From contig NIVC01002672.1 in assembly GCA_002269645.1 (NCBI GenBank), positions 1 to 64,000 of the forward strand: a stretch of 64,000 nucleotides of DNA, given 5' to 3'. Source of the stretch: Macrostomum lignano (Eukaryota). Under the pieces are notes generated by a model that was given only the letters and a program-made list of their open reading frames with translations, did no database searches and was not told the origin of the DNA. Within the stretch, counting starts at the first letter, position 1, and each line of letters starts with the position of its first letter. The position numbers were made by a program, and so were the translations under genes. Shown in pieces: positions 1-13,900 of this stretch.

Positions 1-254
1 TCGGCCTGGGCGGCGCTGGGAAGACGAGGTGAGACTGGCCTAAACGGCTACTCATTTCACTTTGCAGTGGATTGAAAGTTTCAGTGTCTCTAAAATAGAA
101 ACTAATAAATCGGCTTTGGAAATGGAATCTATTGTTACATCCATTGTTCATTGATGAATTGATGAATTGTGACTAATGCACTGCCGTCTATTGAAGCTTG
201 TACGAGTAACTTCACGCGACAGTCAGAGCCTCACGTTTCATGCCCAAATTGGAG

Positions 255-783
255 CCAAAGCGTCACTTAAGTTCTTCAAGTCAGTGTCAAAGCGTCACTT
301 CACTGCTTCAAACCCCCAGAGTCAAATCGTCACTTCACTACTTCAAACCCCCAGAGTCAAATCGTCACTTCACTACTTCAAACCCCCACAGTCAAATCGT
401 CACTTTACTAGCTCGTACTTCAAACCTCCAGATCAAATTGTCACTTTACTGCTTCAAACCCCCACAGTCAAATCGTCACTTTACTGCTTCAAACCCCCAG
501 AGTCAAATCGTCACTTTACTGCTTCAAACCCCCACAGTCAAATCGTCACTTCACTACTTCAAACCCCCAGAGTCAAATCGTCACTTTACTGCTTCAAACC
601 CCAGAGTCAAATCGTCACTTTACTGCCTTCAAACCTCCAGAGTCAAATCGTCACTTTACTGCTTTAAACCTCCAGAGTCAAATCGTCACTTTACTGCCTT
701 CAAACCTCCAGAGTCAAATCGTCACTTCACTGCTTCAAACCTCCTGAGTCAAATCGTCACTTTACTGCTTCAAACCTCCTGAA
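255..783. repeat. 35-bp minisatellite (GTCAAATCGTCACTTTACTGCTTCAAACCCCCAGA)
   Basis: Direct tandem units; it ends about 50 nt before the ROC exon acceptor. Confidence 0.95.
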
Positions 784-836
784 TCAGAGTCGGTGCTCAA
801 GGATCATAAGCTCCCGCCCCATCCGATCCCCGTCAG

Positions 837-1242
837 TCTCATGCGAGCCCTGATGTCGCCGGACTTCAAGGCGCCGCAAATTCGCCTGGAGGCCATCACG
901 GATGGCATTGACATCAGCACATGGACAATCAACAGGTCAGGCCAGTCCGTCACCTTCAGCGTGTGGGACTTCGCCGGCCAGACGCTGTACTACAACACGC
1001 ACCAGTTCTTCCTGACCGCCCGCGCCGTGTACCTGCTGGTGTGGAACATGCGGCTGGGCTTCGAGCACGCTGGCCTGGACTTCTGGATGAACAGCATCTC
1101 CTGCCACGCTCCCGGCGTGCCAATCTTTGTTGTGGGGACTCACTGCGACAAGGTGGCGAAGTTCGACATGCCAGTGCAGGATCTCAAGGATAAATATCCC
1201 GGAATTGTGGGATTCTTCTCAGTCAGCTCAGCGAGCGGAGAG
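837..1242 (+). CDS. Roco exon encoding most of the ROC GTPase domain (G2-G5)
   Basis: (S)LMRAL...AITDGIDISTW...SVWDFAGQTLYYNTHQFFLT...IFVVGTHCDK...FSVSSASGE. Acceptor ccccgtcag at 836, donor GAG|gtgagc at 1243. Confidence 0.9.
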
Positions 1243-4200
1243 GTGAGCGTGAGGGAAACTGAATGCTTCAGATGGTCCAGTGAGAACTACTAAAAAGCCT
1301 GTGAATTCACTGAGAAGGTCTGCGAGTCCGGTAAAAGTCAGAGCGTCGTGTGGGAAGTTAGATTGTCCTGTACTGGGAGGTCAGATTGTCCAGTACTGGG
1401 AGGTCAGATTGTCCTATACTGGGAGGTTAGATTGTCCTGTACTGGAGGTCAGATTGTCCTGTACTGGGAGGTCAGATTGTCCTGTACTGGGAGGTCAGAT
1501 TGTCCTGTACTGGGAGGTCAGATTGTCCTGTACTGGGAGGTCAGATTGTCCTGTACTGGGAGGTTAGATTGTCCTGTACTGGGAGGTCAGATTGTCCTGT
1601 ACTGGGAGGTCAGAATGTACTGTACTAGGAGGTCAGAATGTACTGTACTGGGAGGTCAGATTGTCCTGTACTGGTAGGTCAGATTGTCCTGTACTGGGAG
1701 GTCAGATTGTCTGTACTGGGAGGTCAGATTGTCCTGTACTGGAGGTCAGAAACTGTACTGGGAGGTCAGAATGTACTGTACTGGGAGGTCAGAATGTACT
1801 GTATATGCCAAGTGCTTTTTTACGCGTAGAAGAATTTTTGAAGCGACGCGGGGTTGAAAGTGATTGACAACCTGATACTGTAAAGCAACAGGTGCATTGC
1901 ACAGAATAGTGTTTTGCTTTCACCTTCGGCTTACCTGAAACTTCTTTCTATTGATTTTTTAAATTCAGTCTTCGATACCCTTTCTCTGAGAATGTAAAAA
2001 TAGTTCGTGTCTGACCTGCGCCCTGCTCCGCTCCGGTTTCTCATTGTATTAAAAGCACTTGATTGATTGATTGATTGATTGCCTGCTTGGCGGCCGCTCC
2101 TCATCGACTCTCACGGCGCAGCAGGGGGGGGGGGGGGGCGAGAGTGCCGGCCCGCGGCTCCACTCCCGCTAATAACGCGGATTAACCCAGCACTGCACTA
2201 GCGGGCGGGAGTCGCCTTTTGGGCTCTTTGAAGTCGCAGCCTCCATCCGCTTTAGGATGGAAGATTAAGGAGGCATCGGGGATGCGAATTTCCTCATATC
2301 ATTCCGCGTTTCAAGGCTGAGCGAATCTGCAATCCCATTTAGATTTTCTTTGTCGCTCTCAGGGAGACTCTAAGACAGATGTGGAATTTGCGTGAACTCC
2401 GAGGATCCGGAATCTGGGAACCGGGATCTGGTTACCCGAGGCGCAACTTGAGAGCCTGCAGGGAGGGGTATCGGGCTAATGCATCATCTCTGATTGAAGG
2501 CCACTGCAAGGCGTGTGATCGTGCTATTTGATTTGCGAGTCGAGAGGAGGTCTGTTTAGAAATGCTAGCGCCAGCCGGTATTCACCAATATTTCACGAGA
2601 ATAATTTGGTGATATTCCGCAAAGCACATCAGCTAAATGAATTGAATATAGGTATGAATTTATCTGATTTTAGCCTCAAATTGACAATATTTTGCCTTTT
2701 TGGACTTTCCAATTTGCAGATAAAGCAAGTATGGCTGTTGTCATTGCTGATGTAAAATTTATGGCAAATTTCTGATAGAGAGAAATCCAGCCAGCCCGAA
2801 ATCGGACATCCAAACTTGCGCGCTGTCTATGGCCCAACCTGCCTTTACTCTGTAGGATTCCAACATTGGATGTTTTCTTGTAAAAAACTGGAATCTTTTC
2901 AGTACTTTCAAACTTTCTAGCTTAGCAAAACAAAAGCAATAATAAAAACGATCGGCTGCCTTCAAACCGTGTTGAAAAGCAAAAAAAAACAAAAATTGAT
3001 GCAGAGCTCCGGAGTCGACTTTCACAGAATTGACAGCTTCAACAAATTTGAAATATGGGTTCATTTTCAATGGGATTTATTATGAGAGTTGCGCGAGAAA
3101 TTTGTTGAGAAATCTGCTGATCCTCTCCATACTCTACAGCCGTTTAATCAGCGGAAGCAGGTTTCGCAATTAATTAAATTGCAGGCAAGACAAGAAGCAT
3201 TATTTTACAAATCCAATTCCGCGAATTCCAGTTTACATTTTCCCTCATCAGGAGGCTGCAGTCTACTGGAGTTTACGAGCGTACGCCAGTCAGTAGTGTC
3301 AGTGACGTTATCAGAGAGATTAGGATTAGAGAGAGATTGCTCTGGTAAGTGGATCTAAGAGATTATATGGATTAGAGAGAGATTATATGGATTAGAGAGA
3401 GATTAGGTGGATTAGGGAGAGATTAGATAAATAAGAGAGAGATTAGATAGATTAGAGCGGGTTAGATGGATTGGATAGATGAGAAAATAATGAGAGAGAT
3501 TAGATGGATTAGAGAGAGATTATATGGATGAGAGATAGAGAGATTCGGCCGATTAGAACGAGATCAGATGGATTAGAGAGAGATAGAGAGAGAGATTCGG
3601 CGAATTCGAGAAAGATTAGACGGATGAGAGATAGAGAGATTCGGTGGATTAGAGAGAGATTCGGCGGATTAGAACGAGATTAGATGGATTAAAGAGAGAT
3701 TAGATGGATGAATTAGAGAGAGATTCGGTGGATTGTAACGAGATTAGGTGGATTAGAGAGAGACCAGATGGAATAGATGGATCAGACAGTAATGAGAGAG
3801 ATTAGGGGCAGTGCATGGATACTTTAGTGGGTTCAAAGCGGCTGAGAGAGGCCATCAAATGCCTGAGGAGGCTGCTGATTGCTCCCTGCTTGCTTGGACT
3901 GGCTAAAAGAAGCAGACAGGCCAAGATTGTAGCAATATTGAGCGATCAGCTCTGCCTTCAACAGCTTCTGCCTGCTTCTTCTGGCCTAGAAAAAAGCCAA
4001 ATCGGCCTCCTCGAGCAGAGTCTAAATTTAACTTTAGCACGAGAGCCAACCCCCCCCCCCAAGTTGCGTATTATTAAAAACATCAATCTGGTTTACTTCA
4101 GCCAAGCTGCTGTGCATCCAGTTCTCAGTTTCTGCTCACAGGTGAACAGGACTTAAGATATTCTCACATTCATTTCCAACATTGAAAATCCGCTGAAAAA

Positions 4201-4913
4201 ATGTCTGAAAAAAAGACACGACAAAATGACATTTGAGGAAAGAAAGAAAGTTTCAAGCGCAATAAACTTCTACTGCAAGCAGACCTCTAGCTTGGATTGT
4301 ACGCGGTTGCTGAGCGCTTGAATTCGCGTCTAACTGGGCCGGGTGCAACTCGGTCAATCTCCGATATGTATCGAAAACAATCGAAAACTAAGAGTCCGAT
4401 TGGGAGGAGAGCGGGAAAAAGGGGAAGAGTGAGGATGACCGGGAGGGAGACGGGGAGAGGGGGAGAGGAGAGGGAAGGAGAGGGAGAGAGAGGAAAGTGA
4501 ATGAAGAGCTTCCACCGTGACATCAATAAAGTTGCCACTAAGCAGGCAGCCCGGAGACTATATTTGCACTCAGTTGTACCTTCGGCCCGGCCGCACTATC
4601 GCAGTCGTGGCCAACCCATCAAATTTTTCTTTTTCTGTCTGAGCGACTGATGGGGGGCCCTCCCCGCTCTCATCACACGCGGCGCGGCGAAGGACAGTCG
4701 CTCAAGCCAGCTGGGCCGCGAATTCCGTCAAAGTGTCCCCGATTGTCCCCTCATGAATAAAACATCGGCGCAGACTCGAGTAAAAACGCTCAAACGACGA
4801 GTCGAGTCGCGGGGCGCCAGATCTCCGTCAGTAATTCCTACTTTCTCGCTACGTCCCAGACAGTCGTTGTGAGGATAAAACTGGAGCTGGCGATGAAGAT
4901 TTGAGCCGGACCG

Positions 4914-4958
<45 letters not shown>

Positions 4959-7900
4959 AACTCTCCTCTGAATCCCTGGAGGCAGCGAGATTGTAATCGG
5001 CTCTTTGATGAAGGCAAATATTTGCGCGGCGGAATTGCAAATGTGCCGCTCGGGTTTCGGGGGGGCAATCGCGGGGTCCGCCGGGAGGGCAGGGGAGCGG
5101 ACAGGCCCAGACAGACGCCCCAGAGCGATAGCTCAGGAGTTCAAAGTCTTTCGAGAGTCGGCGAACGAAAACTGACCTCGGGCAATTAGATAGTTGTGGA
5201 CAAAATACGCGAAATTCGATTATTTCAAATTCGCAACTTAATCCGATTATTAACAGGGAGTTGAGCAGCTGCTCAAGCAGATTCTGGAGACAACACTGAG
5301 CCAGCCATACATTGGCGAGCACGTGCCAGAGGCTTGGCTTAACTTTGAGAAGGCGATTATCAGGTAAGTGGCTAATTGGCGAGTGCTATTTCTGACCGTC
5401 ATGTCCTCGGAATGAAAAGCACACATTTTTCATCCTTCAGCAACCGGAGCTCGAACAGTCTGCTCAAGTGGAGCGAAGTGATGCAGCTTGGCAAGAAGAC
5501 TGGAATTTACGGCGAAGAGGTGCAATTTTATGCTTGCTTGAACTGCGGAATTAGCAGCAGGATTAACAGCAGGATTAACAGCAGGATTAACAGCAGGATT
5601 AACAGCAGGGTTAGCAGCAAGATTAACAGCAGGATTAACAGCAGGATTAACAGCAGGATTAACAGCAGGGTTAGCAGCAAGATTAACAGCAGGATTAACA
5701 GCAGGATTAACAGCCGGATTAGCAGCAGGATTAACAGCAGGGTTAGCAGCAGGACTAACTATGGGATTAACAGTAGGATTAACAGCAGGATTAACAGCAG
5801 GATTAACAGCAGGATTAACAGCAGGACTAACTATGGGATTAACAGTAGGATTAACAGCAGGATTAGCAGCAGGATTAACAGCAGGATTAACAGCAGGATT
5901 AACAGCAGGATTAGCAGCAGGATTAACAGCAAGATTAGTAGCAAGATTAACAGCGGGATTAACAGTAGGATTAACAGCAGGATTAAGAGCAGGACTAACT
6001 GTGCGATTAACAGTAGGATTAACAGCGGGCTTAACAGTAGGATTAGCAGTAGGATGAACAGCAGGATTAACAGCGGGATTTACAGCAGGATTAACTGCGG
6101 GATTAACTGCGGGATTAACAGTGGGATTAACTGCGGGATTAACAGTGGGATTGATAGCGGGATTTACAGCAGGATTAACTGCGGGATTAACTGCGGGATT
6201 TACAGCAGGATTAACTGCGGGATTAACAGTGGGATTGATAGCGGGATTAATTCTTCCAATTCCGGCAGGTGCCGCAAGCTGTGCAGTTTCTTCACGACAT
6301 GGGCAGTCTGCAGCACTTCGACTCTGACTTGCTGTACGACATTGTCATCATCAATCCGCAGTGGCTGGTGGACGTGATGGCCTGCGTTGTCACCGTGCAC
6401 AATCACGTGATCAAGGTAGGCTGGTGCGCGTATCCTCGATGGGGTGGGGGGGGGGAAGATGAGGCCTGCCACAAATCAAGGGGGACAGTAGTCGTTGGCC
6501 ACTGACCACAAAACCGAGTAGCTGTTGAGCCTTGAGCACAAAGTCGAGTAGCTGTTGAGCCTTGAGCACAAAGTCGAGTAGCTGTTGAGCCTTGAGCACA
6601 AGTCGAGTAGTTGTTGACCATTGAGCACAAAATCGAGTAGCTGTTGACCATTGAGCACAAAGTCGAGTAGCTGTTGACCATTGAGCACAAAACCGAGTAG
6701 CTGTTGACCATTGAGCACAAAGTCGAGTAGCTGTTGACCATTGAGCACAAAACCGAGTAGCTGTTGACCATTGAGCACAAAGTCGAGTAGCTGTTGACCA
6801 TTGAGCACAAAACCGAGTAGCTGTTGACCATTGAGCACAAAGTCGAGTAGCTGTTGACCATTGAGCACAAAACCGAGTAGCTGTTGAGCCTTGAGCACAA
6901 AACCGAGTAGCTGTTGTCCATTGAGCACAAAGTCGAGTAGCTGTTGACCATTGAGCACAAAACCGAGTAGCTGTTGACCATTGAGCACAAAGTCGAGTAG
7001 CTGTTGACCATTGAGCACAAAACCGAGTAGCTGTTGAGCCTTGAGCACAAAACCGAGTAGCTGTTGACCATTGAGCACAAAGTCGAGTAGCTGTTGACCA
7101 TTGAGCACAAAACCGAGTAGCTGTTGACCATTGAGCACAAAGTCGAGTAGCTGTTGAGCCTTGAGCACAAAGTCGAGTAGCTGTTGAGCCTTGAGCACAA
7201 AGTCGAGTAGCTGTTAACACTCAATCAGGATGCACAGCAGCCCTGATTTTCTGATGGTCGGGCGTGTTCGTGAATACTGTGAATTTCACGAAAAGCATTT
7301 TGTTCATGGGATCGAACTTCTATAAGTTGGGGCGGTCTTGAGGCACCTGTTCAGCATAGAGGAAATTGAGTCTGGGAGCGGCGACCGTGGGAACAGGAGC
7401 AGCACGGGCTCCCCAACTGGATGACAAACAAACGTCCGGACTTTCTCCTCTCATTTCACTTCCCTCATCCGTGCCCTCCCTGCCTTTTTAGTCCCGTAAG
7501 CGCTTTGGTTTTGGAATTTCAAGCAGCTGGCCTGATGTTGATTCCAGGTTAGACTCAAGGAAGCGGCGCCCTTCTTCCCCCAAGCCTCTTTCTCCTGTCA
7601 TATCCGTCCTCCGGATTTCTGAACTCAGAAGACTGCGTTTGAATTGGCGCGAAATGCGCCACTCCAATCGAATTCTCCAATTCTCTCCCTTATTCAAACA
7701 GTATTGGAATATCAGTGGAGAAAAGTGCGTTTCGCCTTTGGTAACATCTTCCCACTACAGGCGAGGAATGAGCTGGCCCAATCGGGCCAGATGTGCAACC
7801 GACAGCTCAGCCGCAGCTATTGCGCGGCGCATCTGAAAGCTGCATACGGTTGTTCAGTCAAAGGACTGGGGGTTGCCGCACACACCTTATGTAATGCTGG

Positions 7901-10900
7901 CACCCATTTTACAGTTGGGTGAACTGAAGCAATGCAGAGTAAAAGTGTCTTGCTCAAGGACACAAATTGTTCCAATGGGATCGGGAATCGAACCCCCAAC
8001 CTTCTAGTTGCGAGTCCGACGCTCTAACCTCTAGGCTACAGCAATGAGGACATACAAGCGCATCAATGCCTGGCCGGGTACGGGGATCCAACCTACACCT
8101 ACACCTACACCAACCCGCAGGAGGGCCGGTTCAAGCACGAAGACATCCACACTATCTGGAAGGACTACCCGGCCCAGCTGCACGATTGGCTCCTCACCCT
8201 GACGGAGACTTTCGACTTGACTTTCCCGCTCACCGACTCCGGTGTCAGCGTTGTGCCCTGCCTTCTGCCGCAGAAGAAGCCCCAGTTCGATTGGGACGAC
8301 GTCACCGCGCTCGGCGACATCCAGGAGGCCAAGATGAAGTACACCTTCGACTACCTGCCGGCTGGTCTGTTCAACAGGGCCCAGGTGCGACTGTGCCAGT
8401 TCTCCGACGACCTGGTGATCTGGCAGCGGGGATCCCTGCTGTGCAAGGGCGACCACCGGGCCCTCATGGTCAAGAAGGGGTGCGTCTGGGTGCCCAGTAC
8501 CAGCCTGCTGCCTTTTTGTTGCGAGAGAAAAATATCAAAAATATTTTCCCTCATCGCCCGTTTTTCATTTCACAGGGAACGCACAGTGTTAGTGAAGGTG
8601 CAGGGCTCTTCTCCCGAGAACATGCTGATGCTGATACACGAAGTGTTCGAAGGCCTCATCGCCGAGGCGTTCGGCGGGGTCTCCTACGTGTACGAGGTGC
8701 CGTGCATTGACTGTGTCAGACAGGTGAGAGAATGCCGTGGCATGCCGGCACGCTTGGGTTAAACTGATCAACCTGTGTGCTTTTTTAATTTCAGAAAATC
8801 CAAGAGCCGGCCATGTTCAGCAGCCAGGTGCTGCGCAGGGCCATCGAGATGCGGGCCTTGTTTCTCCAGTGCCATTCCATGTTCCACTGCGTGCCGATTC
8901 CCACCCTGCAAGGTACCGGGAGCTGTTTTGCCACTTTTTCTTGTACTATACTGGTTTAAAAATATCCACAAAGTCTAACAAAGCTTTGCTATCAAGCACT
9001 AGTTGCTAGGCGCTGTGCAGTGGGCACAGACGGACTGCATAGGTACAGTCGCGCTTCTATCATGCGACGAACGAAATAACGAAGCAAAGCATCCTAACTG
9101 GAGTTTTCGGTGCATCAAAACTCAAGCAGGTGCAACAAGCAACAGAGCAAATATGCGTAAACACTAATTATCATTCAGTTGCAAAACCGCCCGATCTCTT
9201 GCAATTTGAGCTTTATAGAGGCTCAGCAATGGGGCTGGACAACCGTCAGACACTCAGTCCACAGTGCACACAGAGGCTCAGCAATGGGGCTGGACAACCG
9301 TCAGACAGTCAGTCCACAGTGCACACAGATACTCAGCATTGGGGCTGGACAACCGTCAGACAGTCAGTCCACAGTGCACACAGATACTCAGCATTGGGGC
9401 TGGACAACCGTCAGACACTCAGTCCACAGTGCACACAGAGGGGCTGGACACCCATGAGTGACAGGCAGAAACTTCAGCAGGATTATGCTGACCGTAGGGA
9501 ATAGAAGGCCATAATTGAATAAGGCAAGCAGCTCAGATGCGTCAGTCATGTAGAATAGCCTGGCATCGCTCCACAAAGCGACAGGCACATGGCTCAGCGA
9601 CTATCTAATAACAGTCTGCGGGGCAGCTGGGGGAAACGCACGGGAAAGCCGATCGCCAATTTCAGGAAGCGGCGCAGAGGCGGACTTATGTAGCCAGGCT
9701 TAATGAATAGTAGAAAGTGGGGCGAGGCAAAAACGGTTTAACCTTCTGCCTCGTTGCACGCTAAACTCATTCGCCCTCCTCGCCCTCCTCACTCCCGTCT
9801 CCCAGCTGTGATGCCGCCCGAATCGCCCGCCGACTTTGAGCTGCACTTTGAGCGCTCAGTGAACGACCTGTCAGCGGCCCGGCTGGACCTCGTGCACGAC
9901 GTCACCCTCATCTTCTGCTGCGCCAACAAGAGCGGCGGCGGCGGGGACATCATAGAGAAGATCCAGGCTGGCTTGGAGACTGCCGGCTTATCTGTGTGAG
10001 TATAGCAAGCGGCAGAGTTGAAGAAGCTGCCGGCTTATCTGTGTGAGTATAGCAAGCGGCAGAGTTGAAGATACTGCCGGCTTATCTGTGTGAGTATAGC
10101 AAGCGGGAGAGTTGAAGCTGCCAGCTTATCTGTGTGAGTATAGCAAGCGGCAGAGTTGAAGATACTTCCGGCTTATCTGTGTGAGTATAGCAAGCGGCAG
10201 AGTTGAAGCTGCCAGCTTATCTGTGTGAGTATAGCAAGCGGCAGAGTTGAAGATACTTCCGGCTTATCTGTGTGAGTATAGCAAGCGGCAGAGTTGAAGA
10301 TACTTCCGGCTTATCTGTGTGAGTATAGCAAGCGGCAGAGTTGAAGATACTTCCGGCTTATCTGTGTGAGTATAGCAAGCGGCAGAGTTGAAGATACTTC
10401 CGGCTTATCTGTGTGAGTATAGCAAGCGGCAGAGTTGAAGATACTGCCGGCTTATCTGTGTGAGTATAGCAAGCGGGAGAGTTGAAGCTGCCGGCTTATC
10501 TGTGTGAGTATAGCAAGCGGGAGAGTTGAAGCTGCCGGCTTATCTGTGTGAGTATAGCAAGCGGCAGAGTTGAAGCTGCCAGCTTATCTGTGTGAGTATA
10601 GCAAGCGGGAGAGTTGAAGAGGCTGCCGGCTTATCTGTGTGAGTATAGCAAGCGGCAGAGTTGAAGCTGCCAGCTTATCTGTGTGAGTATAGCAAGCGGG
10701 AGAGTTGAAGAGGCTGCCGGCTTATCTGTGTGAGTATAGCAAGCGGCAGAGTTGAAGCTGCCAGCTTATCTGTGTGAGTATAGCAAGCGGCAGAGTTGAA
10801 GATACTTCCGGCTTATCTGTGTGAGTATAGCAAGCGGCAGAGTTGAAGCTGCCGGCTTATCTGTGTGAGTATAGCAAGCGGCAGAGTTGAAGATACTGCC

Positions 10901-13900
10901 GGCTTATCTGTGTGAGTATAGCAAGCGGCAGAGTTGAAGATACTGCCGGCTTATCTGTGTGAGTATAGCAAGCGGGAGAGTTGAAGCTGCCGGCTTATCT
11001 GTGTGAGTATAGCAAGCGGGAGAGTTGAAGCTGCCGGCTTATCTGTGTGAGTATAGCAAGCGGCAAAGTTGAAGAGGCTGCCGGCTTATCTGTGTGAGTA
11101 TAGCAAGCGGCAAAGTTGAAGAGGCTGCCGGCTTATCTGTGTGAGTATAGCAAGCGGCAAAGTTGAAGAGGCTGCCGGCTTATCTGTGTGAGTATAGCAA
11201 GCGGCAAAGTTGAAGAGGCTGCCGGCTTATCTGTGTGAGTATAGCAAGCGGCAGAGTTGAAGAGGCTGCCGGCTTATCTGTGTGAGTATAGCAAGCGGCA
11301 GAGTTGAAGAGGCTGCCGGCTTATCTGTGTGAGTATAGCAAGCGGCAGAGTTGAAGAGTCTGCAGTCTCTAATGATGCCGATGATGGACTAACCCTGGCC
11401 GGATGCTGAGTGGCCGGGGCCTGAAATAATGAAGCTTGGAGTAGAAGAGATTCAAGGTGCTTCTTTAATCAGTGCTGGGCGTAGCCACCCGTAGCCAGGC
11501 CGCATCCCCGAGACCGGCTATTTTCTGTCGTCAGGATTAAAAGTGAGGCCCCGCATTTTCCAAGCCCGTCAAGACAACCGCGGGAAAATCCGACTCTTTC
11601 GTTAGTCTCTGGCCTCGACTGCTTTTTTAAGTACAAGCTAGTTTACAACAATGCGGTTGGACACCTCAGTGGCAGACTCTTATAGGCATCAAGATAGCGA
11701 CATGGAGCCCGATGCAGCACTAGTGTGCTTTTAGCACCGGTGCTGATTTTGCTTCCCCGCCGCCCCGACACCGAGCAGGCAGTGCGTGTCGGACGAAGCA
11801 ACATCCGAAGAGCGCAGCCTGTCGGACAGCATGGCCCTGCTGCAGCAGTCAGGCTGCTGCCTGTGCCTCATATCCAACGAGTTCGTGCTGTCGGAAACCT
11901 GCGCTCAGTACCTGTCGCTGGCTACTGAGCACCTGAAGAAGCCGCTAGTGCTTGGCCTGGTCGGCAGCGGCAAGGACTGGCAGCAGACAGCGCTGGGCGC
12001 CCGCCTGTCCGGTCTGGTGTACATCAACTTCCAGCGCGAGGCCCAGTTCGACGCCAAGCTGGCCGAGGCGGTGGCCGCCGTCAGGGAGAAGAGCGGCGCC
12101 GGCAAGCGAGAGGTGAGCCGGGCGATTTCAACTGATCACTCGTTGAATTGCCTGCCTGATTTCCTGCAACCATGTGCGAGTGTGTTGTGTTTGCCGCGTC
12201 TGACTCTCTTGTGAATGTTCTTTGCTAAGCATAACTGCAACTCGCCAACTATGAAATGGTGCGTGCAGAAGATTGCCAGCTTTTTTTATGTGTCAGCGCC
12301 AGCTGCCTCAGGCTTGCATGAGCAGCATAGTACTTCGCGGGCAACCGGAATCCCACAAATCCCCCCAATCTCGGGAGAATCCGCCGACCAGACGGCGGAG
12401 ACAGGCGAGCTTAGCGCAGCCTCTCAGACCGATCCTTCAGCTGGGACGAAACAAAAGCGCTCGTAAAATCAGCCATGTTTGTCGGACAGCTCTGGCGCAG
12501 CTGGGGCATCCCTGCTGGCCCGGCAGGCTCTCATTAGCCTTTTAGCGGCAGTAACAAGCCGCTGAGCTTAGCAGAGTTCGGGCGGTTGCGGCTTGGCAGT
12601 CCGGATATGCTCGTATGCGATAGCCTGTAATAAGCGCGAGTAAAAATCTGAGAACGCAGTAAGTCAGGCGTAGGATGAGGATTAACACTGCAGTGTATTC
12701 TTCTGCTGTCGCAGGACAAAGGATCTTCTGTCTTTAATGAGGGAAGCCGACCCTAAAGTCAGGCCTTCTTACCAGAATAGAGCATGGTTGCTGTTTTTTT
12801 AACAGAAAAGACAAAACTTATTGTCAAATGACGCGCGCGGGAAACGACAAATGAGCACAACATATAGTAAAAGTGATCAAATCGCGGTTATCAAACAAGG
12901 GAAATGGGTGAACTAGTAAGAATAATAATCAGTTTCAAAACTTGCAATCAAAGAGGAACGATGCGGACTCGGGAGCTACGCTAGATGAAGCAATCCACTA
13001 TTTATTATTGACAATGATGAGCACAACAAATACAGTTAAGAAATTTGCTTTGATTGTCCAATGCAGGGCAACTCAGACGCCTGCTTTTGCTACAGAAGAT
13101 TCAGTGACTTCAGATTCGGCAAGATTCGGTTCTCCGGCTCGGCTCAGTCAGCACCGCCTGGGTGCCACTTCAGCGGAGCCAGAGCGGCATCCTCTATATG
13201 CGATGGGACAGCGGTGGCCACCGCCGCGGCCTCCGCCCGCCTCAGCGCGTTGGCCTCCCTGCTCAGCATGCTGTAGTTGTTGTTCTGCAGGTGGTTGTTG
13301 TAGTAGTTGTAGTTGTTGCTGCGGCCCTGGCGTCTGTCTGGCAGGTGCAGCATCTGCCTCACCGTCTCCCTGAAGGTGTTGCTGGTGCTGCTGTAGATGA
13401 TGAAGTTGGTGAAGCTGTCCGCGCTCAACAGGATGTTGGCCAAGAAGGTGGTGTGCATGCGGATCTGGTTGAAGCCTCGCATCGAGGCGAAGATGGTCTG
13501 GTTCAGAATGAAGAACAGAAAGGTCGGCAGCTCGCAGATGATGAACGAGAACATCAGAATCATGACGGTCTTGGTCGCCGCGTCCTGGCTGCGGCTGCCG
13601 CTGCCGCTGGCGCCGCCGCCGCCGCCGCGGCCACTGCCGCTTCCAGCGCTGCCGCCGCTGTTCTGCTGCAGCAGTCGGCGCCTGCGCAGGATGAAGATGA
13701 TCACCAGCGACAGGCCGCTGATGAGGAATATCGGGGCGATGGTCTGCAGCGGGAACACCAGCAGAGTTTTGTAGTGCCTGTAGGACGGATTCTTGTCCAG
13801 GATGTGGTGCGTAGCCGTTGTCAGGCTGTAGACGGTTGTCTCGGTTGAGTTGTTCTCAGCCGGGTACTCGCAAATTGTCCAGGTGAACTCAAACAGCCGG

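Noticed and set aside
788-836. Alternative start of the ROC exon at 788 (cag at 785-787), as suggested by the ORF track
   Set aside because: It would place KLPPHPIPV where the P-loop GKT should be. The acceptor at 836 has a pyrimidine tract and gives the expected GKT-S|LMRAL junction.
5376-7224. Long INSR-, NSYSTLCS- and TATRLCAQ-repeat ORFs
   Set aside because: Products of the 12-bp and 30-bp intronic arrays; only short parts overlap true Roco exons.
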